Below, in pieces: positions 1 through 13,243 of a DNA stretch of 64,000 nt. Where the stretch lies: positions 87,916,001 to 87,980,000 of the forward strand of contig OZ024746.1 of NCBI GenBank assembly GCA_964016885.1, given 5' to 3'. Each line of letters begins with the position of its first letter. The stretch's first letter is position 1. The translations under genes were made by a program, and so were the position numbers. The stretch is from Eledone cirrhosa. Lineage: Eukaryota. The notes beneath the pieces are model-generated. The model saw only the letters and a list, made by a program, of their open reading frames with translations, was not told where the DNA came from and made no database searches.

Positions 1-390
1 GGTATGCCTGACCGATTTAACTCACTCAATATGCAAATTAGGCTGCTCAGCCGTTAATTTTCATAAGGAAAGTATCTCCTTTCGAACGTTCAACTATCTG
101 GCAGATGGGTAAACGGTGCTGATGATAGCTAACAAGCTTGAAACTAGTACATCGTTCCTGTGTCAGTGTTGAACAAAAAGGTGACGTGGTTGCCTTAACA
201 CCGTATGGCATAAATTCAGGCTGTTCAGTTTGTTTACAAACGAACAAAGCGACGTTATAATAAGCGCCGCTAAACTGATACGTGCATATATGTATGTGTA
301 CCTGTATGCATATGTATATATATATATATGTGCATGCTACTGTACGTCTGTATACATATATGTATGCACGTATACATGCATACTTACATT
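1..390 (+). mobile_element. Retrozyme-like non-autonomous repeat, family A (cut by window start)
   Basis: Homologous to 9843-10122, 51055-51645 and 63089-63663 (shared AACTCACTC..ATATGCAAATTAGGCTGCTCAGCCGTTAAT and GTACGTCTGTATACATATATGTATG blocks). Contains a hammerhead at 114-154 and ends in (TA)n. Confidence 0.75.
114..154 (+). ncRNA. Minimal type I hammerhead ribozyme
   Basis: CGGTG-CTGATGA-T-AGCT-AACA-AGCT-T-GAAAC-TA-GTA-CATCG. Canonical CUGAUGA and GAAA cores, stem I CGGTG/CATCG, stem II AGCT/AGCT, palindromic stem III ACTAGT, GUA cleavage triplet. The base of stem II is a T.T mismatch. Confidence 0.8.
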
Positions 391-939
391 TAAGATATAT
401 ATATATATATATATATATGATGCAGTGAGGATGTAGGGCTGATCAAATTTGTGACATATTCATCAGATTCTTTATAAAATATATATTTCGATTTAAAGTA
501 TTCATATTTCGTTAAAACATATTTATCCATGTGATATATCAAAGGGAAATAACTCATAGTATAATTGTGTAATACGTGTAATTTATACGTTTGTGTCTCT
601 TTGGTCGGTTTTAAAAAAATATTGTATGGCCACATAATTTAATTGCGGTGGAGTATGTACAAGAAAGAACATGTATCGTGTTATGTGGTATGCAAGAAAT
701 TTTGAAGTCACATATTATAGACGTTGTAGTATATTATGTGGAGAGCAACATATATTTTTCATAAAAGGGATATCTACTTGACTAAAACCTTTTCGCCCCA
801 AATACATTATCACGAATATATATATATATAATATAAACAGATTAAATTCAAGCAAAGAATTGCAGCTTTCAGCTTATCGAGCCCTCCTCGGATATTAGTC
901 TTAACATTTCTGATTAGTTTATATATATACATATACATA

Positions 940-1043
<104 letters not shown>

Positions 1044-1281
1044 ATTTGAAGACTAAAATCCAAATAGGGCTCGATAAGGATAAATATATATCAATTATAT
1101 AAGAACCGTAGAGCAAATATTTATTAAAATAACAGATTGAAGTTTAAGCAAAGAATCTCTGCTTTCACCCTTAACGGGATATTCTGAAACTAACAAAGTC
1201 AATCTGTAAACGCAGAAGTGGATATGTCAAACAACGTTGCAACCTGTGGAAGACAGGAAGACGATACTTAGGTTCGTGGAA

Positions 1282-1540
1282 ACGTTCCCTGGCAAAGATC
1301 GGGAAAAAACGAATATAATACGTCATTGACGGTGAAAAACAATTACGCGCAAAGACAGAACCGCGTTTATGGTATAAAAGAAGTCGTAGACTAATGTTCT
1401 CTTAGGTGGTTCATAGAGACGTTCTCTGGCAATGAACGAAAAAAACGAAGATAATACGTCATATGTGGAGCGTGGAGAACAATTGCACGCAAAGACAAAA
1501 CCACGTAAATGGTATAGCAGAAGTCGTAGACTAAAATTCT
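1282..1540. repeat. Diverged tandem duplication, unit about 137 bp
   Basis: ACGTTC(C/T)CTGGCAA...GCAAAGACA...AGAAGTCGTAGACTAA occurs at about 1282-1400 and 1419-1540. Confidence 0.8.
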
Positions 1541-1770
1541 AACTAGGGAACCGAATGAATCTCCGCTTCAGAGTAAGAATAAAGTAAATAAAATACAATA
1601 CAGAGGTAATAGAAATTAAATAAATACATACACGCATGCAAATACGTACATACACAAGCATACGAGAAAACACTTGTCATAGGTATACAAAACCACGGAC
1701 TTCCAATGGAAAGTTCGGCCCTTCAGAAATCATTTTCCCTTACATAGGACATATAGTCCTACAGTCGGTG

Positions 1771-1904
1771 TTGAGTGGTGTTAAGACAATTAAATTGCAT
1801 TGGGTACAGAACTCAAACTTGATTTCGGGGATATATTTATATATCCCCGAAATCAAGTTTGAGTTCTGTACCCAATGTAATTTAATTGTCTTAACACCAC
1901 TCAA
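1771..1904. repeat. Near-perfect palindrome centred on a short TA tract
   Basis: Arms of about 66 bp (TTGAGTGGTGTTAAGAC...TTCGGGGATATAT / ATATATCCCCGAA...GTCTTAACACCACTCAA) with one visible mismatch. Confidence 0.95.
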
Positions 1905-2779
1905 AAAATTTGGAAATAATATCTGTTATGGCAATCATTAATGATCTATTTAAAACCATGGCGCTCATAAGCGTTACACCGTCGAACACAATGTATTATG
2001 TAATGTCTTGATTACTAACTTTACATTCAAAAGTGAAATTTAATATTTAGCTTATTCTGTGTTAGATAATAAAAATGTACGATGCGCTTAGTAGTTGTAG
2101 TGTCGATCAGGAAAAAGTATTATTTTGCGTATATAATAGAAAACCTTAATAGCAATAGTTGCTTGCTAAGATGTTGATCGAATTAGCTTGTATATGTTTT
2201 TTTTATTTAGATCGCGGTCTGTTCTAGTAAACCAGATCAACCACCGAAAACAATATGGCTTAGTCCATTTTATACACCACCTGGGGACCTAAGATACAAT
2301 TATCCAATATGTCCTTTTTTTACAACAATTTCACCTGATTTGCAATAGGTTTGCAGTAGTAAGTCATTCAATCATAGACTGGCATCCCCACTTGTTCGTA
2401 AATCTCCTTCATTTGACGATATAACATCGATTTCTATCTTAGGGATACTAATATGCTTCAGGAGAAGATATTCATCGCTACTTCACTTCTATTTAATTGA
2501 TAATCGGCAATTCTTGGCAACATTGAGACTCGTCAAGATTCGATCTGAAAGTAACGTATTACAAATAAATACTTGCAATGTGATTTGTACAAAACTCTTC
2601 TGCTTACGCCAATTCAATGCCTACGTAAAATAACATACATTAATTAATTTACCTCCTGTTCGTTATCTAATTTAAGAAAGTGTGTTGTAATACCAGCAGC
2701 TTTACAATCTTTGCACTGGAGTAAAAAAAAAAACTTCTTTTAAATAAAAATGATTTAACTCTAGCCGATCAATTACAAA

Positions 2780-3240
2780 AAATATTGACAACAGTTGGAG
2801 ATTGAATAAATGCTGAAAAATATAACCAGGAAAATATGGAAAACAGACAATAAATAAACATTGCCTGGCATGTGAAATTAACGCTAATTAATTGAAATAT
2901 TGGCTTAATGTAAAACCAGCAATAATAAAGCTACACTTGGAGAAAACGGAGCCTTTTGCTAGTTAGTATTACTGCAGCTGCCACTAGTCGACAAAAATAA
3001 TTTCACAAGGATTTGAAGACAAAATCACATAGCACTGCATGGTACAAATCGATTAATCAAATTAGTGAAATGTTTAGGTATGACGGATGTTCACACAGCG
3101 AGGGAATAAATTGTTATTTTAAAATGAAGCAGAGGCTGAAACCTGCCACAGCAGAAATGGGAGCTTAGTTATGGATATTTTCGAAATTCATGGCAAACTG
3201 ATGGTTTCTTCAGTTTCGGCACAGCACGTAGACCTCTTTA
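2780..3240 (+). pseudogene. Possible highly degraded pogo/Tigger transposase N-terminus
   Basis: Around 3184-3228 reads KFMAN*WFLQFRHS, resembling the FxASxGWFxxFxxRH CENP-B-type HTH motif. Many stops. Confidence 0.3.
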
Positions 3241-4004
3241 TATTTGAGTGTAACTGCGAATACTGTTCATACTATGTCAATACACCTATAATAGTGAGGA
3301 CGTGGATATTAGCTGCAATTATATTTTGATATAAACATTATATTATGGGCTCAGCATGTTGAAATATTGGTATGTTTTTACAGGGTATAGAAATCATACA
3401 TTCTACAGGGGGAATGAATAGAGAATGTTATTCAAATTTCATTTAATCGAACATCGGTATTAAATGTTGAGGAAAAGATATGACTACTCGTTGCGGCACT
3501 CAGATAAATAAAATGCTGGCAGTCTCTCATAACAGTTATATCGTTGTATTGTCTTATATCTGTGCCAGTTATTGCATGAGTATGCCTTCCCTTTAGGTTC
3601 TAAAACCAAACGAAGGCCACAGTCAATGAACAATTCCACCTAACGTTTATTCGAATGAAATAGTCGTATAGTTAATGTCTATGTGTTTTATTGATTCCGT
3701 TTCAAATTTCGATTCAAAATACCCATCATTTATTCAGCGATTTCATTCAGAGAAGGTAACACGTAAAATTATCAATTGCCATCTTACATCACACATAAAC
3801 CGAAGGCGACCGTCTTACTCTGCATTAAAATCATTTCCTGATTACATGAAAATGTAATACAAAAATACACAATCATGGTCATTATAAACATATCCATGGC
3901 CTTAGAATTTTAGGAATGTGAACCAAAATTCTTCTATATTTCTAAGGATAGAGCACGTAATCTAATTTTCTTACATGACACTCAAATGTTGTTGACATCC
4001 TATA

Positions 4005-4425
<421 letters not shown>

Positions 4426-5093
4426 AGATAACCTTGTGTGTATGTGTATGTGTGTGTATAGAGAGAAAGAGAGAGACCGTGAGAGAGAAAGCGAGAGGAG
4501 GAGAAGCCGATAATTATAACCTAAATTACTCGTTAATATCTAAATGCTTCTAGCAGTGCATTTGTCTTATAATTACGGTATGTAATATCAATAGATTTCC
4601 TAAAATTCACGTTGTTATTGTGTAACCGAAAAGTTAAAAACAAATTTTTCACTTGAAAAGTAAATATCAAATGACAATGTCATAGATAGAATGATACATC
4701 GAATTGAACTAAGTTGAGTTAAACAGAAAAACTTCTGACCAAATTATATGCTGTGTCTTTATCGTTTCTGCAATAGCACCTCCTCTACCGAGCTTTATAG
4801 ATTCATAACCCCTTCACTTACGCAGCCGTGACTCCCTCACCTCTCTTGCTTTTATCATAAATTATGTCTGCTGTTATTAGACTCGCATTAATAATTATGT
4901 CCATCCTACCCAAAACGTAAACTGTCCAAAATTCATTACCAATTCATGTTCTTCGAAAAGGTATGTACCTGCAACAATTTTAAATATATAGAATCATCAA
5001 TGCAGTTAATCCTACGGGTTTCAGGAGACCTGTGAGTGCCATCGTAAGTGATCCTTTTTCTATATCTATAAACTGTTAACAATTATAAATATT

Positions 5094-5340
5094 TTAACCC
5101 TTTAGCATTTACATTACTCTATATAAACTATTGTATGTTTGTGTTAAAGGCTTTATTTTCACATACTTCTCTTTATTCATACATAATTCTCACATAAAAT
5201 CAAATTTATGAGATTTTGATATTATTTATTCTGAGAACAATACGTTAACATCAGTACGAAAGCCCAATTACAGCCAGTTTGAACAGCAAGAGGTGAGATA
5301 ATTCTGGCTGGATATAACCTGTTTAAATGATAAAGAGTAA
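5094..5340. mobile_element. piggyBac-type MITE
   Basis: Left end TTAA-CCCTTTAGCATTTA, degenerate right end TAAATGATAAAGAG-TAA. Homologous throughout to 27814-28030. Confidence 0.75.
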
Positions 5341-6221
5341 AATTAAATGAATCTTCACGCAATGTGTTTGAAGAAATAATACTTAGTTTACGTATTCGCT
5401 GGATGTTGACGTGACTTCCAATGTGTTATAATATTAAACAATGCTTTAAACATTACCTCACAACTCAATTCGTGTACATTAATAGTTACAGAGAAGAGGG
5501 AGTGAACACATATGAATCGTGATTGTTTTTCAATTCGCACAAGATCTTAATTTCGTTGGTGTATTTTAGTCGACAAGTAATTTGTTGTTGCAGAAACTGA
5601 AATGAAAGCAGGTTAAATGAGTGTTAATAGGAATTAACAATACTGGAATATTGAAATAATTTACAGACTTGACAAATAAATATTCAGTTAAGGTTGCATT
5701 AGGCACACAATATCTCTCTCACCATCTCTCTCATCTTTATTTACGATCACATTCCTTTCATGAACTGTTTGTACTTTTAAATTATGCGAGTTCTTTACAA
5801 AACTGCTTCGAAGCAAAATACATATACATATATACATATTATATAAATGGCAATTTTCGTCTCTCTGTGTATCTGTGTATAACGAGTGGGCGCCTACACC
5901 AGTGATCCGATCCTGATGAATGTTTACACACATGTTACACTGATATTCAGAAACTGAAATGTCTAATTGGATTGCAGTAAACATCAATAATGGAAACCCT
6001 GGGGACATATTTACAATGGAGGAGAAAAGAGAAGACGTTTCAGTGAGAGAGGGGGAAGAGCAGATAATACTACTGTGTGTTAAACCCTCCCGCCCACTAC
6101 TTCCCTTCATCCTCCCACAACTCAGTCCTTCAAAACGAGGCAACTTATTAGAAATATACATGAATAAATTTCAAACAAAGCAGACGACAATGTAATTTTG
6201 GATGACGACTGAACAGATCAC

Positions 6222-6252
<31 letters not shown>

Positions 6253-7315
6253 CATATCCACTGACATGGCTTCTGGACACGTGCACACGCTTAGGTCACA
6301 TTCAGGTCAACTGCAGGAATAGGTGATAAGTTACAAAAAAGTGTGATGATCAATGACATGGAAGTTGGCTTACCATGAGATTAGTCCAAAGAATAAAACA
6401 CAAATCGTGTGTTAACGAATATTCGTAATCCCTGCATTTTAATTGTAACATGCCGTCTTTGAGAGGAAGATTAACACGAATTAAGAAGATGTATATTCTC
6501 CCCCATTATTGACATTTTGCAACAGTGAATGTTACAAGTCCCTCTTTAGGGCCAACACTTCTGATTGTTTATCCAACTTATTATGGTGTGTTTTCGTGGG
6601 GTATGTCTACTATATGGGGAAAACGTTATGGTTTTATTGGATTGATTCAGTCATTCGAAGGGCTTTACAAACGGTGATATAGAGTGTGCTTGAACAGTAC
6701 ATTAATATGTTCACTCTGTTGTAATTTCTTCAATAATTGCGATGATTTCCTCAATTGTCACTGCTTCCATCCCTCTCGCTCTTTCCATCTCACACTATTA
6801 TAAGTAAATGGGGCGCAAGTGCTGGTCACCTCATGGCTCCAGTGGACAGAAACTTCACTCCTCAAACCCCCAACCACTAGTTTTTCTTTGCTCATATTCC
6901 GACAACCCAAATTCCAAAGTGTATCTCATTCTAAAGTGGTAGTGTTGGTACTACAATATAATGTACAGTTCACACTGTAAAGCAGTAGTGTTTGGCAGTA
7001 AGTTTGCTATTCATATACATTAGTTTGTTGAATAAGTTCGATACACTTCGAGCTCTAAACTTCCCCGGCTTATTCACTCTGAATGAAGAAAGCTGGATGG
7101 AAGAAGGATTATAACTTACACAGCTATTGATACTTCCACACAAAAAATCGATCTCACATAAACACATCTAGCAAAGGTTGCTATTGAAAATCCAGTATGG
7201 GCACCGAGGATCAGCAAAATGTTCAGGTGTACTCTGTGAACTGCGAATAACCTCACCTTTCCGGCGTTTTATCTGATACACACACACACATCAACATAAA
7301 TACTCAATCACACAC

Positions 7316-7367
<52 letters not shown>

Positions 7368-7826
7368 ACATATATATATATATATATATGTGTATGTATA
7401 CAGCACACTCAATTGATACAGTACCATGAATATATACATTTATTTAATGATTGATAAAGCAGCAGATGTTAGTAACGGTTCGGACATCGTTCTCTCATCA
7501 GAGGACAGAAGGAGAACGAAAGGGATAATATAGAAAGCTAGACAGGTGTAAGAATAAAAGACATGGAAGAAATATGTTTATAGGCTAGCCACGTGCGTAT
7601 TTAATCAAACATTTAGAAGAGCGGGTCACGTGTGTGTAAGTATAATTGTGTATGTTATAACTAAAGCGATGAACATGTTCATAAATCTATTGTCATACAT
7701 ACATGCGTATATGCACGTGTAAAAAATTAAGACTATGTGTGTATGTATGATGCACTTCATTTCCACACACACACGCAAACACTCACATACTCACACCCAT
7801 ACACATATATACATAAACACACACAC

Positions 7827-7875
<49 letters not shown>

Positions 7876-7880
<5 letters not shown>

Positions 7881-8451
7881 TCAGAAGATGGTTAAAAGAG
7901 TTCCTTTTATTTTATTATGCGCATTTCAAAAACAAATATCAATAATATTTGTGTTTTCATCAGATAAAATAGGAAGACATGATATGAAGGTTAAAAATAA
8001 CTTGTGAATAGTGCAGTTTTAAATCAACATGTGGAAAGTAGTTTTAGATTGATGTGTGACATTGGGAAAAATAAATGAAATGTTGAGGGGGGAGGGATGA
8101 AAAAGAGGAGGAGATGATAGGAAAAAGTGGAGGGGGAGGAGTATAATGAGGAAGGATGAGATAGGAGGAGAGATGGGTGATAGAGAGAGAGATAGCTTTT
8201 ATAACTGAGAAAAATATATTGTTTTACATAGAGAGGTTGAAAAACCGTTGGAAGATAATGTATAAATAAATAAAAAGAATTTGAAAATTAACGAAGAGAT
8301 AAATAATGTAAAGTTAAGGTTTGTATATTGAAGGGTTTAATAATATGTGCGATGAAACGAAAATGTTAATATGTATTAAGAATAATATTTAAGGGTTTGA
8401 AATGCGCATAATAAAATACAAGGAACTCTTTTAACCATCTTTTGATCTTAT
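7876..8451. mobile_element. Fold-back element with about 55 bp inverted ends in TA context
   Basis: 7876-7930 is the reverse complement of 8396-8451. The right arm reads GAAAT-GCGC-ATA then overlapping AATAAA (hammerhead 3'-half-like plus polyA signal). Confidence 0.7.
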
Positions 8452-8541
8452 ATATTATGTATACTCCAGTCCTACAAACTGTAGAGTGCTTCTTATCCGA
8501 TATCTGCATTGCTTTATTGTACTACAATAAGACTCACCTCC

Positions 8542-8589
<48 letters not shown>

Positions 8590-8592
<3 letters not shown>

Positions 8593-9325
8593 TATAAAGT
8601 ATGTCCATAGAATCATTTGATAATATATATACACCATTTCCTCTCCCAATTAGCATAATTAACCAAATAAAAAATCAATTAGACCTCATTAAAAGACACC
8701 TATGAAGAAATAGTAGATACATAAACGACAGCAGTCTCTTCGCGGCCGACCTCCATAGAAATATTTCCCAACATTTCAACAGCACGTGGAAATCGACTAA
8801 ATATACCGTCAACCATACACAATTAGGTATACGATTAAAGTTAGAATAAATGCATACACACTTACCAGGATCATGTCTCTACTCTCGGGTTTCGTTCGCA
8901 TTTTGAGATATCCTATTAAGGATAAAATCTCAAGCTTCGAACTCGTGAGGAAACTAACTCATAGGACAAGTAATTTTCTAAAGTGATACCCGCCAGAAAC
9001 AAATTCAAAATGACTAAGAATTGTGAGGTGGCAGTGTTCAAGTTAGAAATAATGTGATTGGTTGCTTACGGCGAGTGGGCTGGTTGGTAGAAAGCGCAGC
9101 CCAATATTGCCCAAATTGCATCTCAACCTAATGGGAGATTATTTTAAATATAAAGATTTACATATACACAAACTAGACAAAGTCACAAATATATATGTTT
9201 TTTTGGTTTTGGCAACCATGTACGATCTGGCTCAATGATGAATTAATAAATTAAATAATCAGAACAATATACTATAAAGTATGTCCGTAGAACCATTTGA
9301 TAATATATATACACCATTTCCTCTG

Positions 9326-9330
<5 letters not shown>
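8590..9330. mobile_element. Non-coding element with about 60 bp terminal direct repeats between (TA)n tracts
   Basis: ACTATAAAGTATGTCC..ACACCATTTCCTCT(C/G)CCAAT at 8591-8650 and 9271-9330, with (TA)n on both sides. Confidence 0.75.
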
Positions 9331-9416
<86 letters not shown>

Positions 9417-9753
9417 GTATATAACGTCGTTTAATTTATTATAAAATGCTCGAATATATATGATTCCCATTGATACCATGCAGAAATATAATCTCATTTA
9501 ATTTACACGAGGCTAAATTATATTAATCCTGTTTCCTCTCTTTTCTTATTATTTCTTCATATTTCGTTTTCTGTTTTGTAGAATACATATTAAAATCATT
9601 CAAAGAAAAGTTACTAAAATAGAATGTAAAACACGTCAGCTCACATCAGCTCAAATGATGTTGCACTCGCCAATACTCTTTGTAACGTAGTTAGTATTGT
9701 TTCCCATATTATTTCATTAGCTTCACTGAGAATATACTTGGAATATATATGTC

Positions 9754-9842
<89 letters not shown>

Positions 9843-9845
<3 letters not shown>

Positions 9846-10122
9846 TATGTATACGTACATACATATATGTATACAGACGTACAGTAGTATGTTTATATAT
9901 ACATATATGCACACATACGTATGGGTTTACCGAACATTTATTATAAATGGTTGCTGAGCACCGTACGGCGTAATTCGGTCTGTTTGTTTACAAAGAAAGC
10001 GAACGTTATAATAAATGTTTGGTAAACCCATACGTACATATATATATGTGTGCATGTATGTATATATATATACATACAACTGTACGTATGTACACATATA
10101 TGTATGTACGTATACATACTTA
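9843..10122. mobile_element. Family A repeat, inverted (fold-back) pair of fragments
   Basis: 9843-9945 is the reverse complement of about 10007-10122, and both match the other family A copies. Confidence 0.8.
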
Positions 10123-10142
10123 TCTCTCTCTCTCTTTCTCTT

Positions 10143-10182
<40 letters not shown>

Positions 10183-10183
<1 letters not shown>

Positions 10184-10374
10184 CAGAGCAAACAGCACGG
10201 ACACTCTATCTCAAAATTATTTTTGAAAAGCATTTAGAAATGCGCAACCGGTAAAAACTTAAAAACTTTAAACCACAACTGAATACTAACCCATACAATC
10301 ACTAATACTCTTTTATTCCTAATTAAACCATTTTTCAACTGTGAACAATTTGTCAGCATTTTCTATTCCGTTTA

Positions 10375-10378
<4 letters not shown>
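10183..10378 (+). mobile_element. About 190 bp non-autonomous element, family B, in (TA)n
   Basis: Same ends (TCAGAGCAAAC...ACCAA) and interior as 33081-33264. Carries hammerhead-like TTTT-TGAAAA-GCATTT-AG-AAATGC-GCAAC-CG-GTA-AAAA. Confidence 0.8.
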
Positions 10379-10413
<35 letters not shown>

Positions 10414-10473
10414 GAAAAAGAGGGAGAGAAGAATACTGCATGTTTGCACATGGATTACATATAATAAAATTAG

Positions 10474-10515
<42 letters not shown>

Positions 10516-10518
<3 letters not shown>

Positions 10519-12307
10519 GTGAGTACAGTCGGCCGAGGACACCGGTGTGATACGTCAACAACTGAAGAGAGATTTCGAGGCATACCGGATCGAGAAGCTC
10601 CTGAAGGCCGCAGAGGAAAATAAGAGCCTCAAGAAATCCGATAGGGGCATGGCAATGTACAGATCGGAGGTGACGACCCTGAAGAACAGAGCTGGTGTAC
10701 CGGTCAGCGACAAGAGTGAGGTGGAACATGTTTGCGAGACTTTTACACGAAGCTCTTCAAGTTTGCCGGGAATGTGCAGCTGTTGCCGTCACTCCAACAG
10801 GAAGAAAATGTACCACCCATCCTTGTCAGTGAGGTCGAAAGAGCCGTCGGCTTCACGAAAAGCGGAAAGGCGACAGGGAAAAACGGCATAACATCGGAGG
10901 TGTTGAAGTCAGGCGGAGAACACCTCTGGAAAATCCTCGCCGAGCGATTCACACACTATCTGATCGAGGGAAGAATACCCTCGCAGTGGGAAGAGTCGAA
11001 TACCATCCTGATATACAAGAAGGGTGATAGAGAAGATCTGAAGAACTACCGACCCATATACCTGCTATCTCACGTGTACAAGCTGTTCATGAAGATAATC
11101 CTGAACAGGTTATCATGTCATCTGGACGAACAGCATCCGACAGAGCAAGCTGGCTTCCGGAAGAACTACAGCACGATGGAACACATATTTACTCTGACAC
11201 AACTGCTTGAGTGAGCGAAAGAGTACAATATGCCTCTTTGCGTCGTGTTCGTAGACGACGGGAAGGCCTTCGACAGCGTCGAAATCAACGCAGTGCTGAA
11301 CTCGCTGCAGAGGCAAGGAGTCGAGGCGCAATACGTTCAACTGCTCAAGGAGGTGAATTCCGGATGCACCACCGCCATAGCTCTGCTGTCATCACCCGTA
11401 CGAGTGCCGGTCGAGAAGGAAGGGAAGCAAGGAGATACGATCTGTCGCAAACTTTTCACCGCGTGTCTCGAGCAGATCATCAGAGCCCGTGACTGGCAAG
11501 GCGGTGTCAACATCAACGGCGAGATACTTACCTACCTCCGTTTCACTGATGACAGCGTACTCATCGCTAGAACCACGGATCAGCTTCTGACCATACTGAC
11601 GGAGCTCGACATCAAAAGCTCTGCAGTAGGCCTCAAGATGAACCGCATCTAAACGAATTTCATGCGGTCCGCCAACGTACCAACAGGTCGAATGGTGGTT
11701 GGCGGTGATGAAATAGAGGAGATGTAGGAATACGTCTACCTAGGACAAGAAGTGAACATGAACCGAGACATTGAGAGGAAGATCTCGCGGAGAGTAAGGG
11801 CATGAATGAAGGCGTTCAACGGCATAAGGGCTGTGCTCAATGGGAGTTTGGACAAGACCACCCGCGCCAACCTCTTCAATAGCACAGTTTTACCTACAAT
11901 GTTATATAGCAGTGAAATTTGGGCTGCAACGAAGAGAGAAGAGCAGAGGCTGGAGAGATCAATGCTAGGATTCTCGTTTAGAGAGCACATCAGGAGCGAA
12001 GTCATCAGACAGAAGTCCGGCGTAAGGGACGTCATCACGAAATATATGTGCAGCAAGTTCAGATGGGCTGGACACGTCGCCCGGTTCACCGATAATCGGT
12101 GGAGCCGCGCAGTTGCTGAGTGGTACCCGCGCGAGCGGAAACGACCACTCGGAAGGCCTCCACGAAGGTGGAGTTACGATTTTAGAAATATGATTGGGAC
12201 TACATGGAGGAGGAAAGCACGAACCAGAGAGGAATGGATGGCGTGCTGTGACAAGCGGCGCTGAATGGACGCCCGGCTGACTGGTCGGTAAAGGTGATCA
12301 AGGTGAT
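10516..12307 (+). mobile_element. 5'-truncated RTE-clade LINE, RT pseudogene
   Basis: Motifs YRPIYLLS, EQAGFR, DDGKAFDSV, KQGDTI, RFTDD, RWAGHVAR, RPLGRPPRRW. Frameshift near 10735 and stops near 11212, 11650, 11725 and 11803. 3' tandem tail AAGGTGATC-AAGGTGAT; TA at both junctions. Confidence 0.95.
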
Positions 12308-13179
12308 ATATTATTTAATGTAGAAATGGCTTCTGAACGACTAGAACTGTTTCAATCGACGGAAATCATTAGGAAAGCTCTTCGAATGCAAGAGTTCTAG
12401 TCCTGTAGAATCGTGTTTTGTATTAGTTATTATATATACCCTTCTGGGTATTGAGTACATTACTTACTGTTGTTTCCCCCGATTGTCAACCAATAAGGAG
12501 ATATTTCGCGTGCACGCCCCATAATTCATCATGATCCTAGATACTACTCCAATATACTAAACGGTTTCGTCTAGATTACCACAAACCTCACTTGTAATAT
12601 GCGGCGTATGCAGTGATATGATTACCGACACCACCGATATATATAGCACTCTACACTAGTCAGCCAAATTACCTATTCAAACAAACGATTGCATATTGTG
12701 ACTGCAACAGACATATCGTTTTTCAAAATATCGAGAATTACTCCACTACCTTGTACCTACATCACACACCTAGTAAACCGCAGAAAACCCTATATCTCAA
12801 TCCTAAAACTATTTCAATTTGACCCATATTAAACGACACAATCCATCACAACTTTTCCTCTAGTGTATAACATCACAACGCATTTAACATATAGCACATG
12901 AAACTGAACACAGCCACAGATATCACAAACATTAAATTAGATGTACTACTGCTTCACATTACATTTCACTAACGCGAGACACTTGTTTATAACATTTGAA
13001 AAAATGTTAATACTACTCATATTTACGGTTATGGATTTATTAAACAGATGTGTTAAGATACCAGTTTGACCAGAACGCACCAGAGTACTCAATAGTTAGG
13101 GTAGAAGAGTGGGTAATAGGAAAAGAGTCAGGATCCCGACGCGTTATGGTCCAACTGGTATCTTACCACATCCTCTTTG

Positions 13180-13243
<64 letters not shown>

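Noticed and set aside
1282-1540. CRISPR-like array here or in other tandem repeats
   Set aside because: No constant short repeats with unique spacers, no cas genes, and a eukaryotic context.
2336-2544. Minus-strand exon-like segment (TTTCAG acceptor, CAG/GTGA donor)
   Set aside because: Stops in all three frames and no partner exons found.
5688-6195. 157 aa and 78 aa ORFs
   Set aside because: No recognisable motif; purine and pyrimidine low complexity.
12335-12400. Minus-strand CTAATGA..GAAAC motif (similar one near 50165-50205)
   Set aside because: No convincing stem I, so not called a hammerhead.
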